A stretch of 64,000 nt of DNA, taken from positions 23,557,648 through 23,621,647 of the forward strand of contig NC_092673.1 of the NCBI RefSeq assembly GCF_964355755.1. The letters are read 5' to 3'. The number at the start of each line of letters is the position of its first letter. Position 1 is the stretch's first letter. The position numbers and the translations under genes are program-made. The stretch comes from Antedon mediterranea (taxonomy: Eukaryota; Animalia; Echinodermata). Below are positions 1-15,160 of this stretch, piece by piece. The notes beneath the pieces were generated by a model. It was not told the DNA's origin and searched no databases. It saw only the letters and a list, made by a program, of their open reading frames with translations.

Positions 1-3000
1 CCACTTATTAGCAATGACATATCGTTTTTATACATATATGTATTTATAAATGCATGTGTGATTTCCATATAGCCAGCTTGTCCAGGAGTCCAATTAATGC
101 ATTGATGAAGCTAAGCTGTGTTTATGAGTTTTTAGTGGTATAGGTTGTAGATTACGTCAGATGAGGTACTTGAAGTTTAATTAAACGATCCAGTGTAGAA
201 TGCTGTGTTCACCCTGATATCGGTTTAGCAGCTGTAACATTATTAAAGCCACACTAATGCGTATTAATCCCTGATAGATTAGATTCTACATTGTTATTGT
301 TCGTATTTTATCATGGCAAATGGATATTATGTATTAAATTCGCACAAACATTATATATATCATGATAATCATGAACGTTCATTAGATAATGTGCTTTAGT
401 AAGGAGTTGTCTATGCTGCATCTGCATTGGGTCTGTATCATATGCAAATTTTGTGATACAGCATTCCATGTGTTTAACCTGTATCATAATACCTAACCAT
501 CCAACACGCACCACATGTGACACACATGGAATGCTGTATCATGGTATTATTATAGGATACTGGCGATTCGGGTAAATGTTTCATGTCTCTTAAACATAGT
601 ACCCTACACATTTTACATTTCTGTAAGGTAACGTTATGATATCCGTTTTATTTTATTTTTATGTTAAAGGTCAGGTACGGGATAAACATTTCTATTGATC
701 ATACATTTCAAGTAGGCTTATAGATCTATAGTTTCCCCTAATTATCATAATTTTTGGCATTTTTTTTGTGGTACAAGAGCTTGTTGTTATCAGTGAGGTG
801 TGATAGTTTAAATTACACAACAAATTCTCTATTCTTTTGTTCACAAATATTGTAAATAGAGAGGCATTTGAAAAAAACTATAAAAAAAATAAATAAACGG
901 TATGGTAAAAATGTTATCAGATAGGTAATATAACTTAAATTTGACGTTTCTATAGTATTTTTTATTCAATTTCAGAGTTTTATTTTCATACTATAGCAGA
1001 AATTATCCACCGTATATCCACCATATTTTTCACCTTTTAGGGATTCACCATACATGTTAATACATTAGGTGAAACTACCTAACTACTGAAAAAAAGTCTT
1101 TTTGGTTTTTATAGCAGAATTTTGCCAAATTTTGTATTAGACCATTTTAAGGGAAAATCATGTTTTTTTCGTCTTGATTTCTATTACAAAATTATATTTG
1201 ATTTATGTACAATTAACCAGATATTATATTTAACATTCATGCATGTACCTAAGCTTTAAGGTAAATGGGCTGCTTTCCAGACATGATGTAAATCGTTGCA
1301 ATAACGGAAGTAGTGGTAATATTAAATGTACGAATGAAATAAAATATCCAAAGTGGCGATACGGTAATGGTTCACCTTTATTAATAAGATATATGGGTAA
1401 TTTATGGTACGTCATATGGTACCGTGTGGTATTATATGTTGACATATGACAATGTATGCCAGAATATACGATTTAGTAACTAATCAAGGAATGCGAATAA
1501 AATAACATGCATTGGCGGTAATGCTATACGTCTCTGTCCCAGCGCATGGCTGAAGTGAGACATTTTAGAAACTTGATACTCTTATAATAATAGGCCACAA
1601 CTCTGATATACAGTTAAAGAAGGGGCTCATTACATGACGCTTCACGTTATCTATATAAGTGGTGTTATTATCAATGTCGTTGCAAAGATTTCTATCAAAT
1701 AACAAACATAGATAGTTTTAACACGTAGCTACTATTTTTTTCCACGAATCTATTTTTATGTTAATAATGTCGTTTCTCTAAAATAAAGTAATGTTTTCTT
1801 TTAATTGTTGCAGTGATGATTGATTTATCAAAATATTTTTACTGTATTGTGTGTTTATCGTGTCAACTCGCATTGTGTAAAAATATGTTTATCCGATGCT
1901 TCGCTATAATTGCGAAAAATAAACAGAAATGTAATTTATAACTTTCAACACAATGTAAGCACTAGTTATGAGTCACTAAAACATGATAAAGTTATATTTT
2001 ATTATATTTATTACTGACATAACATGAAAAGAATGTAGTGATTTTTATTGTTATAGTTTGTCTGTTATAAACATTAATTATAGATTGATGATCGAGATCC
2101 AGACAATAAAAACAACATTTTAATGTACGTTATAAAAGTATAAGCTTAAAAAATAATCCATACTAAAATACAGATGATTGTTCATTGTGTGTATAATAAA
2201 AGTTTTAGAAAAACAAGTTTTGTTTAATGATTGTTACAGAATACTCACACATAACAATTTTTTTGGAAACTTTCTTCAGCTAATACATCACTGTTAGGCA
2301 TATGGCATTTTGTTTAAGGTACTTTCATTACAATTAAACTGTAAATCATTGTGTGAAGTTTAATGTACAGTAATACCCACTGTCATGGTAGACTGATAAT
2401 AATCTAGTTATATCCTTTGTTCTCTATTTGAAATCAAAAACACATTAATTGGGATTATGTTTGAAGTCGATACCTTGATGGAACTAATATCTACATTAAC
2501 TTATAAGTATCAATATTTTCTGTGGTTTTTCTACAGTAAACTTTATCTCATTGTAATTGCTATTTAGACGCGACTATGATTGTACTATCAGAACGTGAAT
2601 ATCAGGTAAATTTAACTAAATTGAACAATCGGTGGGTAATTGCCCGGTCAGATGGGTGGTTGGTCAACCATGAGTCGTTTACGAAGTCATTAGTATGATT
2701 AGGCCTATTATTTAGAAACAATGTAAGAGAGAGAGAGAGAGAGAGTAGTAGTGGTTACAGCAACAAGCTGTGTTTTATGTTTAGTTTTTTTATTGAATAT
2801 TGATGCAATATAATAGTATAATTCATTTAATTTGTTCATCCTGCTTCCAAACATAACTATACTAAGTTGAGTACAATGTACTGAGAACACTCTAAACGTT
2901 AACAGTTATACACAATTTGGTTATAATACTATTAACCCATCAACGCATAGTCATACATTTTTTTAACAAAGCATATTATAGCATGTACTTATTAAGATAT

Positions 3001-3526
3001 GTTTACTCTATGATTATAATTAATCATTTCTAATATTTTGTTAACTTTTTTTTCCAAACATTAACTTACTTGTTGTTTCATTAGTGCTAGATGTAAAGTA
3101 TTTTTATCATGTTACAACGATACAATTTTAGAATAATGAAAGTGTTGCTGAATGGAAAACAACAACATTAAAACTGTCATTTAAAAATATGTATTACATC
3201 CGTAAACTAACCAAAGCGACTTGTTTGAATGCATAACACGTAGCATTATTGACACGGCGGTTTAGTGCATGCCTTTCAGTTATAGTCCCATGGGTTCAAT
3301 TCGTCTAAATGTCACAATTATTTCCAATTTGTTATAGATATGAATTCGTATTTTCAGCCTTGAAATAAATTAAAGGATAAGAACCTAATATTTAAAATCT
3401 GGTTTATTAATAGCAATTATAATTTACTACTCAACAAGCTGCTGGAAGATGATACAATAATTCAATAACAAGCAGACGACATGTCTTTCAGTTTAAATAC
3501 AATTGGAAATTAGGAAAACTACCTTT

Positions 3527-4190
3527 ATCATTGTTATCATTTTTAGTAGTCTTCACTGTTTTGCTTCTCTGTTCTCCTAATTGATCTTGTCTTTTTAATC
3601 ATTATGTTGTCTTCCTAATTCATCTCTTCTTTATCATGTTGTCATGTGTTCTCTCTTCAGCATCATCTGTTGTCATTCTCATCATTCTTTTTTGCTTCTT
3701 TATCATCCTTTGTCATTCTCTTCATTTATGATATTGTCATTTCCTTCATTCTTATTTGCTTCCTCATCATATTATTTGTTAATCTCCTCATTCATTCTAA
3801 TTGTCATTTTCTTCCTTTTTCTTTGCTTCTTCATCTATCTTTCACCTGCATCATCTCGTTATTTCTTCATTTATTTATTTATTTATGTTCTTAATTATCC
3901 ATTGTACTTCAAAATTCTATATCTGTATCTTGGTCATCATTCATTTCTTTCATTATCATTGTCACTATCAACATGTTTACACTTTTTTTCTAAAACTTTC
4001 GCTATCTTCACCATAATTGTTTTCATTTTCAAGATATTCCCTAATACCACCATTTTCTTCTTCCTCATTAGTCTCTTTTGCAGTAAAATCATTACCATTC
4101 TAGCTACATTTATCGCCATCTTTTCTATCAAAACCAAGGATCATTGTTTTCGTCATCCTTCATTACCTGATGATCATATCTCCTTACATG
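3527..4190. repeat. Low-complexity (TCA/TCT/TTC) degenerate microsatellite region
   Basis: Pyrimidine-rich triplet runs. These explain the overlapping hydrophobic ORFs at 3644-4228. Confidence 0.8.
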
Positions 4191-4212
4191 CATTCTCACT
4201 TAACTTACTTAC

Positions 4213-4381
4213 GCTTGGTTCCCACTAGAGACGCAACACAGGAACGTAATATAACGTGATTTGGACCAATCACAAGCGATGGATTATTCTTTCATCATTA
4301 TATATATTATTTATATATTTAGTCAACTCGCTGCGTTGCGTCTACGTCGTTCGTTGCGTTGCGTCTCTAGTGAGAACTAAG
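4213..4381. mobile_element. GCTTGGTTCCCACTAG-family MITE (Harbinger-like)
   Basis: TIR GCTTGGTTCCCACTAGAGACGCAAC / GTTGCGTCTCTAGTGAGAACTAAG with a central CCAATCACAAGCGATGG. The family recurs across the window. Confidence 0.75.
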
Positions 4382-5076
4382 TACACATGATTATTGTCAT
4401 TTTAGATAGTTGAACAACATTGTCGTTATTTTTATCTGAATTTTAAACAAACAAACATAAAATCATGAAAGAATGTGTTTGATATATAAATATGAGCGTT
4501 TGCATATGGGAAAAAGTTATTTAACCTTTTGGAAAATAGACCACTGTTCTCCTGATAATTACAAATGCTAATTACTTCAATATTAATGCAATTACATTTA
4601 GCATAAATCCAATATGTATGTATGTTTATATTTATACGGAGTCAGGCAGAGCCAGTCAGTTCATGTTTTAAAATGTGTTATATAATCGTTATTTGAAGTT
4701 GTTATTATTTTTCTATCTATATGTACCAATGCTATAACTATTGTTATTAATGTATGTCCATTAATTACCGGTATGTTATTATAGCATTTATATTCAGTTT
4801 ATTCAATTTGTGTTAACATTATTAATATTTCTTTTAGAAAGGATATGTGAACAAGAATAATTATTCTTATCGCTTAAACTTGGATGAAACCCAACTAAAA
4901 AAGTCAATTAAAGCCTATAACTACTACTGTACTTGACTATGAAACTAATGTAATGAGTATGTAAGTAAGATTATCACCGGCATTCGTCTGAACGTTTTCC
5001 GTTCCATTGGTGTTTATTTAACGTTTGAATTTAGGAAATAACCTGTAACAATTTAAAAAGTATAATATATAATGTT

Positions 5077-5377
5077 AAAAATGTTTTTACCCCCTAAAAG
5101 ACTGTTTTTCAATATTTTGGAATATGCCATTTGATTGTCACATATTAGTTATTCATTTTGACCAAAAACGGGATCGAAAGAAAAATGTAATTTAAAACAA
5201 AAATACACTTTAATTGTCTTTTGGTTAAAATTAAACGTTTCTTTTATCGTTTTTAGTGAAATCCATAATTTTGGGGATTTTTTTTAATAAGTGAATAATT
5301 CTATTAAAACTCCAAAATGTCCTATATAAAGTCTTATTTTATCAATCTTCATTTTTCTGGGGGAAATACATCTTTTA
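5077..5377. mobile_element. Degenerate copy of the 30413 MITE family
   Basis: Colinear similarity to 30413-30757, ending GGGGGAAATACATCTTTTAA. Confidence 0.55.
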
Positions 5378-8300
5378 ATTAAACAAGACTAGTTCAGTTG
5401 ATGGAGTACAAATTCAATGGAATCCATTGACGATTTAGAAGAATTGCTTTATCCGAAATAGTCTATTCTTATAAACAATTGGCAGACGAAGCTCTTTTTC
5501 TTGCAACCAAACCGCTAATTAATTTAGTTATAATTTAATATAAATTGATTGATAATTATACATACTGTGCCTATTTGTTTTGTTGTAAGTTGTAAGAAAT
5601 TACACGTCAAACTATAAATAAAATGTATATACATTAGACCAATCCAATACATAGTTATAACCAAGGCCAAATAAATTAATCTAAATTTGCGATGAACAGC
5701 AATTATCATTAAACTATTATTATTATTAAAAAGATGTTCCCACATTCAGTGTAAAAACACATCTATGAATGACCTTAAATCAAACCAGCCCGGGTGGAAA
5801 CATTCATTATCCATATTTCCTAGTTTGGCTATGGTAGTATAGTTGACTACACTTTCGCCGGATTTTGATAAAGTTGTAGAAAGTAGAAACATTTGTACAG
5901 TAGCAATTTTACAATTTTATTTTACTTTAGTCCAGCTTATACACGCTGTTGAACTGTCAGTTGGTTTTTAAGCTGAAGTAAGACTCCTGTAGCTAGTTCA
6001 CATAAATGTTTATTTTTCCAAAATTGGTCGTGCAAACTTTGTATAAAAAATATACGTTTTTAGGAATGTACCATTTGGCAAATAAAATAGCAACACAGAA
6101 GTTGCGTATGTTACCAACATTCCAGAGGCTAAACGTTCAAAGGTCAATGTGAAGTGAACAAGCTGAAATTCTCAGTGTATTGCTTCTGGGTAAAGATTTT
6201 ATTAGATTATATAAAATTAAACTAAATTAGCCTGTCAATGTACAAACGAGCAAAACAAAAAATACAAATAGTTGGTATTAAGTCAACTATTCAAAACAAT
6301 TCATATGTAATTATTTGCATAATAATCGACATGATGCATTGGTATTGGACGTCTCATATTGGGTTCAGCGTTAAGGCAACTTTAATCTACTTAAAGTTTA
6401 TGTAATTAAATGATAAAGTGTATCATTTAGTATCTAGGAACATGCACTGTGGGTTTACAAAGACCTTAGAATGTGGGGTTAACTAACATGATTTAGTTTT
6501 AGGCCGGTTGCCAATGTAATCTCACCATCTTATCCGCTCGATATTAATTCAGATACACATTTGTACTATGTTTATGAATCTCATAAACTTGTAAAAACAA
6601 ATTATTTTTGACAAATTATTGCTTTTTAAAATGGTATATATTAAAAGTCCCAAATTAATAGTCAGTATGTTGTTGGAAACAAACGTACTTTACCTATTCT
6701 CGTCCTCTAATCGCCTGAAAAGTTATTTCTCTTCTTTATATTTGTGTGTTTTTGTATTGAAATGAATACTTTGTTTTTCCTGCATCTTTACGATAAGATT
6801 GTAGGAAATATTGTATTGAATAAACGAGGGGACGTCTTTAGTTGTAAAACCCTGATTCCTGAAAACCTGATTCCTGAAAATCCGAATTCCACCACACGAG
6901 TGTTATGTGGAATCTCAATATAAAAGTTCACATGTTCTCTGCTGGAGCGAAATGTGACGTCCTGCTCATACTGTTTTAAATTGCTTTATTATGAAATAAT
7001 AATTTAATAAAAGACGTATTGATAATATAATAATCACATAATAAATTAAAAGTGAGAAAAAGAAACATTGTAGGGGAAAATTATAATCGATCTATTAGGT
7101 AAAAACTATAAATTTAATTTAAAACGATATTAATTTACTATAAAGATACATTTCAAGAACTTTCTTAAAAATGTATTTTAATTCTGAATTCAATACAGTA
7201 GTTTGATTTGATAATAATTTAAAAATGTAGTATACATTATTTTCGAATTAATGTTGGCCTACATATGAGTTTAATAACAACTTTACTAGCTCTCTAAATT
7301 TGTTTTCTATCTAGAAAGTGCAGTGATGATATCTACAGTGAAGGCCAATGTGTGTGTGTCTAAGCAACACCAAATTCATGCCCAATATTTTCTTTTTTTT
7401 TATTCAAAATTGTTTGTCAGTCAACTGACACACAGTTTTTTTAAAATGTTTATATAATTATGCTGTATGTTTTTGTACCTTGAATTTACAGAAACCTAAT
7501 TTTTAACCTGATTGACTGACTTGGTATAGAATCGTAACAAACCGCTGGGGACGCTAATATTTGTAATGTTGCTGTACATGTAATAAGAGTGATGTGTGTG
7601 TACAATCTATACAAACTCTCCAATTTAATGACGTCATCAGAATCATTATTCTCGCAATTATTAGTGAATTCACACTGAGATGCAACAACTTGTAAAATGT
7701 CACTGCGCATGTCGATACGATTATTTTTAGATTTATAATCTTTTGTTAATTGGCCATGTTTTTATAATATTACCATTTAGCTTTCAAAGCATGAGTTTGC
7801 GGTAAACGTTACTTTATTGTATTAAATGCATGTTTTCAATATCTGAAAATAATATGATTTGTTGTTCGATGGTCATGTATAAAAATAATCAAATCGACTC
7901 TATTAATCTCCTCAAGGGACTTAACATTACTAAGTATCTCCATTTTCATCTTGTAATTGGGGAGGAACTTCCCAATTAATCTGAAGAAATTATTATACAA
8001 ATATGACAAAATATAAACAAATCAATATTTTATTATATTTAATATAGTGATTAGTAGGCCTATGTAACTTAACTTCATAAAACAAGCCAACACACATGAC
8101 GTCACTAGAAGTTTAGTTATTTGAATATCAAGCTGAATAGTTTGGATTAGAATGTTGGTTTGGAATACTTTTGCAGACGTTTTACCGTTTGCGCATTATA
8201 AAGAACATTCAAGAAGAACTCTCCTTTGATACCCCTATATCCAGCGGACGCCGTTATTAAAGGGACACTCTATTGTGATTACGCCCGTTGTGCGTAATTA

Positions 8301-8412
8301 TATAGGTGATAAGTATTCTTTTTGATGAATATTTTAAAATAGGAATAATGCGAAAATAAGAGTGATGTAGGAATCAATCATAACATAAATATGAACCTCA
8401 AAGCATGTTAAT

Positions 8413-8908
8413 AGAGAGGTTTCGCAATCTTACGAATACGATAACAAAAACGGATACGTCACGCACACGTATTCGTTTTTGTAAGCCAGTAAAAATCTGT
8501 TTCGCATGGCAACGAAATATTGAGGGCGCCGTCCAAAATATAACTGCGGTAAATTTGAGCGAAGCGCAGGTACGTGTTGCTTGGTGGTTGGCTGCCTAGG
8601 CCTAGCGTAACATCAAAGCGAGTGAGGACTTTAAAAACTGCTATTTATCTGAATTGGCCTGGCATTTTAGTAAATTACTTTAGTAAATTACTTTCAATAA
8701 ATATATAATTATATTATAATCATGAATCATTCCTGATTCAAATGCAAAATGTGCAAAATAGATCAAAAACTATACTCGTTTTGTAGTTACGAATATGACT
8801 GGTGATATTCGTCAACACGAATACGCTTTACGAATCAGCTCAAAAATTTCACAAATGTGTGACGTATCCGTTTTCGTTATCGTATTCATAAGGTTGCGAA
8901 ACCTCCCT
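8413..8908. mobile_element. MITE with ~50-bp TIRs
   Basis: AGAGAGGTTTCGCAATCTTACGAATACGATAACAAAAACGGATACGTCAC versus GTGACGTATCCGTTTTCGTTATCGTATTCATAAGGTTGCGAAACCTCCCT, with AT flanks. Confidence 0.8.
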
Positions 8909-9717
8909 ATTATTATTTGATTTGTGAATTTATATATCTGTTGTCGGAAGAAAATAAGAATTGAAATGATCATTTCACATAGGATATCTAATCCCAATAG
9001 GACACGACAAAACGCACATGATCATTAAGAAAGCTTAAACACAACTCAAACGGAACATTACCGCTTCCTCAATACACTTTTTGATGAGCGTTCCGCTCTG
9101 CAAAACATACAAATAGGCTTACATTTAGAACATTCCAAAAATTATTTAATTAAAATATTATACATAATAATATTATGATAATTTGCCTTTAGCTTTTATA
9201 TTAAACAATCTATCAACGATTATCTTTCTCCCTTCGTCAATCAACAGTCGGTTAATAACAAAGTTTCACATGTTTTTTAAATACATCACAATTTGCTAAA
9301 AAAGCCTAATGTTCCCAATGACTATATCTAGTGATAGTATTACTGTTACATCATTATTTAATGTTATTCAATCCGATTATATTTTGTAATTGTTTAATCT
9401 TGAATAATAGTAGACATATTGATTTGATTTAACATCTATTTAATTTATAAGAAAAATATGTCAAACATTTTATGTTTGCGATTTATTAAAGTATTCTCCA
9501 GGTTATGATTCAAATACTTTTAAAACAAAATAATGTGGAATGAGAATACCATTTACAGGTGTTTAATTTATAAAAGTTGTTCGTATGAAATCACGGTTTG
9601 GCGTTGACGGGTCACTACCTCTGGATATGCGCATATCAGGTGATTTTTAACATTACATTTTGTGAAAGGATTTATTTCCCAAAATATTCCGATTAAGGTT
9701 TATTGCACCTGTTTACC

Positions 9718-9780
9718 TATAAAAGCTATTCCATTTTGGTCATTGAACTTTCACATTGTCCTCATGCGTGTGGTTATTAA
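9718..9780 (+). promoter_or_regulatory. Candidate TATA promoter and short first exon of the GW-peptide precursor gene
   Basis: TATAAAA at 9718-9724 and a consensus donor AA|GTAAGT at 9780/9781. Splicing to 20085 puts ATG 9764 in frame with the precursor (MRVVIK-LLSLKPSM...). Confidence 0.45.
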
Positions 9781-10862
9781 GTAAGTTTTTTTATTAGCTG
9801 AAACATAGATTGGAAGGTGTTTGTACTAACATAAATGACGATCAAAAAGTCATCACATTTAAATTAGCAAGCTATTCAATACACTATGTAAGTACTCCTT
9901 AGGCTTCTATCGATCAATGTCAACAGGGCGCTGTATGCTGCTGGCGACAAGATAACTTTAAAGTAGCTTGATGTTCACCCCTTTACATCTCGTATTAAAG
10001 CACGTGTAAACAGTATCACGTACATAACATAAAAATATATCATCGGTAGATCATGTAGGTTCGACGTCTGAGAATTGCGTGGTGTGATAAAATCAGGTCA
10101 TTAATTCATAGCACAGTCGCTTTAAGGTGATAAGTAATAAAGAGGCAAGCGATACAAGTGTTTCAATATTATCGTCGTCAATTCAAGAAGTTCAAAACTG
10201 CATTAAGACAAAACATAATGTGATGGTAACTAATCTATCGATAATAGCCAATTGACTTGCAATAGACAATGTACCGTTCAGTGTGTTTCGTGTATCTAAG
10301 GCATATGTATGATAATCTTACTTACTTTATGTGACAAGTTACAGACGCGTTTGTGCCGAACGTATCCGTTCCTTTGATGACGCAATCACAAACCGGTAAC
10401 ACTTTTCACTGAATGTTTATTTTAAACAGCAGACCTAAACAAAATTAATAATTAAAAAATAGCTAATGCTTAAGTTTTTTTTAGAAACAGTTCTCAAAGA
10501 ATTATAAATATAGGTTTGATAGAAGTACTACCCCTGGGAAATCAGTAAGAAGTCATTTTGGGAGCCATTTCCACATTGTATACCAGTAAACATGTGAAAT
10601 GTGATTTTAATGGATAAATTCTTATTACGTTCGCCTAATGGTAATCATAGACTGAGGTTTATCGGAATATAAATTGAATATGAATAAGTAGAGAAAAGTT
10701 CATTGTCGATTTTCGTTATTTTAATATAGAGGACAGATGAATAAATGAGTTATTTTTTATTTGTTTTTAAGTCTGGTAGATATCCATCCATAATCATAGT
10801 TATAATAAGGTCAAGATAAATATTGTTTGATGTTCTAGATAATAAAAAGAACGTGATATTTA

Positions 10863-11070
10863 GGCTTGGTTCCCACTTGGAGGCAAACGCAAATACGTAA
10901 GCACGCCGCAAGTAATTTGACTGATCGCGATGTATCATCCAAACCAGGGAAGAATGAAATGATGTGAAAGTAAAGATTTTAAATTTCACTCTTCCCTGAT
11001 GATCCAAACTGCAGTCGTTGCGTTGCGTTGCGTTGTGTCTACGTCGTTGCGTTGCGTCCACGTAGGAATC
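10863..11070. mobile_element. GCTTGGTTCCCACT-family MITE
   Basis: Same terminus and (TTGCG)n arm as the 4213 copy. Confidence 0.65.
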
Positions 11071-12716
11071 ATGTGTGTTAATGAAACCCTGTGGTCATCA
11101 ATAAAGAAATATCTTATCTAAGTTAAAACATAAATAACATTATTTTAATTCATCCTTTATAAATAGTAAGACTTATTTGCAAATATGTCACTTCCCTCAT
11201 CAAATTAAATTAAATTTAATAAAAATGTTATCTTAATTATAATGGACCAAACCAAAAGTCTTAATAGTTCTTTCTCAAACTACGTTTCTAAACGTTACTA
11301 AATACATTGTATGTTGTATTATCTTTGTCATGTTGTGTTGACGAAAATAAACTTGAACTTGAATGTTGAAAAAGTATTGTAATTAAATTAAAATATCGAG
11401 GGACACGCTTCCTAAATAAAGTCCAAGGTGCGGAAGTACATATTATGACAAACAAAAAGACTGCAGGATATAAGACGAAAAGAAATTAAAGTTAAAAACA
11501 GAAATCAAGATTAAAGGGAGCTTCGGGTATGAAATCTATATATTTTATTATATTAACATTTACAACTACATTAATAATAACAAAAGTAGTGAGCGTTGAC
11601 AAATAATACGCCTCTTTAAAAAGTGGTGTTACTTTTTCTTAATGTTACTGATTTTCAATACATTTTAATCATTAACTATTTTCAATAAAAATTGTATTTT
11701 ACACTATAAAAGTAATTGAATGTTCTTTAGATTTATATACTTTTTTCCTCAAGGCCTCAACTTTCTGATACACGTTAGTGAATTTCCTATCTTTTATAAA
11801 CACATAGCAAAAAGTCCTGTACCAGCAAGGGACATTTACCACTCTCATGTATAATAAATGTTTTAGTAAAAGTTTATTTACAATAAACACCTTTTAGAAA
11901 AGATATACCTGAAGCTACCCTTTAAGAAAAATGGCTCAAATTGACATTAATGAGATTAAATTTTGGTGGGTTTCCTATCCTTTTAACACCAGAAAAAATA
12001 CATATATATAGCACCACTTTATAAAAAATGCACTTACGGTATTTCACCGCTGTCGTAAAATAAGTGTGAATATAATAACATTGTGTTGTACGTTTAATAT
12101 TTTATAGTATATACTAGCAATTTAAACTAGGAACTACCCTTTAAGAAAGAGATAATGTAAAAACGTAAAAAATAGTTTATCATTCTAATTAGGTTAGCAA
12201 AACTGATATTTATGCCGATATTAATATTGTAAAACCATAAAACATATAGGTTGATTACAATAGATGTAGATATTTAAGATGAATAAGTGCTATTATAAAA
12301 TTTCATAATAATGTTTTTAGGATCTTAAAACCGATTAATATCCCAATTGTGTTCAAAACAACGTATAGCGATTAAAAAAGATGTTACGACAGTCATATAG
12401 AAACAGAGTTGGTGATCAGGCATATTAAAACACCAGCTAAATCCGATTTTAAAATAAGTTTGAATTAGGTATTGCTTTTATATTTTTAATCAATTGAAAA
12501 TAATATATTACTGTCCATTAAAATAATATTAGTAATCATCATCATATGACATCATTCATCACTTTTATTGGAGCTGTGTGTGTATGTATAGTACGCATTT
12601 TGCGCGCACAACACGTAATAACGCATATTGCATTTAGTTATTTGTATTAATTTGTTCTTCATTAGTATGTATGGGCCTACATTAGAACTTTATGGTGACG
12701 CATTCGGCCCCTTTAA

Positions 12717-12875
12717 AGCCGATTTTCCACTAGGCGAATTTGTTCGCGCGAATCGAAGGCGTCAGCTAATACGCATGCGTAGAGAAGGATTTGGAAGATG
12801 TAAACATGAATACACATGCGTACAAGCTGGCGCGTTCGATTCGCGCGAACAAATTCGCCTAGTGGAAAATCGGCT
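12717..12875. mobile_element. PIF/Harbinger-like MITE
   Basis: Near-perfect ~50-bp TIR AGCCGATTTTCCACTAGGCGAATTTGTTCGCGCGAATCGAA, with a TAA TSD at 12714-12716 and 12876-12878. Confidence 0.88.
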
Positions 12876-13483
12876 TAAGGCAAGTTTACACAGACGACCG
12901 GTAATAATAGGGTTCTCCTTGAATAGTATTTCATGAGAGATGTCTCAGAAGGAGTGTTATTATACTATACAGTATTAATAATATAGAAAGCTAAATATAT
13001 GTTTCACTGAATGATCGATTTAATCGAGAAGTGTGCCTCAAATATGGACAGATTTCATAAAGGCTTATGCACTAGTTAATTAAGCGAGTCAGATTGTTAT
13101 GTTTACACTATTCTACTTGCTGCATTAATTAAATTAACACTACTGTGTAACGAACACTTTAATTTGCAACTCTAATCGTTGTACAAAATATTTATGCTAA
13201 CATTGAATTATAATTTAAGAAAAATGTTCTGAACTCTTTACTTGTAAATTCAAAGCGAGTACAAATACATTTTGATAATATTAAACCTTGACTCAGAAAT
13301 ACCGGGATGGTGTCCGGCGGGGGATAGTTTTACCTTAGTTAAGCATAGTTAAGCTTAGTTACATTTTTTTTAATTTTTTTTTTTTTTTTCACATTATTGA
13401 TTGTCTCCATCCCCGAAACCTCGACTAAGAAATACTGGAATGGTGTCCGGCGGGGGATAGTTTATTACCATTAGTTAAGGTCC

Positions 13484-13553
13484 TATGTAAAGCACCTAGA
13501 GGGGTCAGTGATCCATTAGGCGCTATATAAATACTGTTGTTTATTATTATTAT
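13484..13553 (+). mobile_element. L2-type LINE/SINE 3' tail
   Basis: TGTAAAGCACCTAGAG...AGGCGCTATATAAATAC...(TTA)n, the characteristic L2 3' terminus. Confidence 0.55.
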
Positions 13554-14369
13554 TTTTAGGCCTACACATTATTATCTTCGTTAATGATTCACTTCATTCT
13601 ATATTTGTTATGTGTTCATGCTATATGAGCAGTCGTGAATTCAATTCATTTTTATTTGTTCGTGGTTTAAAGTGATAATGTTGTAACTATTGTGGGGTTT
13701 TAATTTTATAGGCAAATTTGTTAATTTGATCACAAATTGGTGGTGTACATTTTGTGATCGTAGATTTTCGTATTCTGAACGTTGCGTTATTTGACCAAGA
13801 AATTTTTTTTTTTAATTTTGTAAAAATTGGAACAATAATTTCTTTATCTAAATTTTATTTATTTATACATTGTCATTATTTTGTTGTTTGTTTTTCAAAT
13901 GACAATGCTGGCAAAATATTTCTATTCTTTTTCTACAGTTCGCATCAAGTTCGTATTTGACAATCTTTGGTATTTTGTTTACTTTTTTATATTTATGAAT
14001 CTTTATTCCGCAAATTCAATGCATATAAAAATAACACGTTAATAATAATATGTTTTCTCGTCAATTTTTGTTATGCTGAAATAGAATAGTTATATCAAAT
14101 CTATATTATCGTCTTTGTAGACTGACTGTATAACCAAACATTACATTATAGAAGATGCCTTTGTGATAACTAAATAAATCACTACTACGATTTAAACTGA
14201 AACATGTTAATCAAGATACATATAGGTAATAAATCAAGTTACGCGGTAATCTAATGGTAGTAGCATCCACGTGAAATCCAATAGCATAAAATGCTCGAAC
14301 ACCGACTGGTCAACTGAGGTTAATACAATTTAAATCCGAACTCGTTTTAATTTAGCAACAATTATATTC

Positions 14370-14470
14370 AACAAGACCATACATGGCTGCAGTCGCGTGC
14401 TTAAGTTAGTGTACACCGACCAACCGACCGACTGACCGACTAACCGACCGACATAGTGAGCTGTAGAGTC
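14370..14470 (+). mobile_element. Helentron/DINE-1-like non-autonomous module with (CCGA)n
   Basis: AACAAG...GTCGCGTG...(ACCG)n...AGTGAGCTGTAGAGTC. The same module occurs at 24478-24563 with a terminal hairpin TCGCGTTGCACGCAACTAAAAA. Confidence 0.5.
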
Positions 14471-14472
14471 TT

Positions 14473-15160
14473 TTTTTGTTTTCTTTTAACAACCTCATAA
14501 CATTAGTTAATGCATTGTTTGTTTACTTTCTTTCATTCAGCTTATTTTCTTAGTTTGTCTAACCGTTAAGTAAATGGAATAACTATAATGTAGCGATATA
14601 AAACAGTCTATTGAGACAAGCTTTATCAATGATGTTAACAAAAATAACAATTATAGTCACAAAGTTGATTACATCTCGGTACTAAGTGCAATGGATTTCT
14701 ACATTTTTATATCAATTTTGTTTTCTTTTAACAACTTCATAAGTTACCATAAACATTATTTAATGTATTGTTTGTTTACTTTCTTTCATTCAGCTTATTT
14801 TCTTAGTTTGTCTAACTGTTAAGTAAATGAAATAACTGTAGGCCTAATGTAGCGATATAAAACAGTCTATGAGACAAGCTTTATCAATGATGTTAACAAA
14901 AATAACAATTATAGTCACAAAGTTGATTACATCTAGGTACTAAGTGCAATGGATTTCTACATTTTTATATCAATTTTGTTTTCTTTTAACAACTTCATAA
15001 GTTACCATAAACATTATTTAATGTATTGTTTGTTTACTTTCTTTCATTCAGCTTATTTTCTTAGTTTGTCTAACCGTTAAGTAAATGAAATAACTATATG
15101 TAGCGATATAAAACAGTCTATGAGACAAGCTTTATCAATAATGTTAAAAATAATAACAGT
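14473..15160. repeat. Tandem repeat, ~255-bp unit, about 2.7 copies
   Basis: TAGCGATATAAAACAGTCTA recurs near 14592, 14850 and 15101, with near-identical flanks. Confidence 0.92.

Noticed and set aside
1650-2610. Possible TATA (1652) and small exon (about 2568-2605, CAG|GTAAAT)
   Set aside because: No coherent reading frame or partner exons. Such signals are expected by chance in AT-rich DNA.
3250-3305. tRNA-like sequence (GGCGGTTTAGTGC...GGGTTCAATTC)
   Set aside because: Stems do not pair. At most a decayed SINE head.
3644-4228. 194-aa hydrophobic ORF and overlapping ORFs
   Set aside because: Translation of TCA/TCT low-complexity sequence; no domain structure or splice context.
12628-12936. 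102-aa ORF
   Set aside because: Open only because it crosses a GC-rich MITE; no protein-like features.
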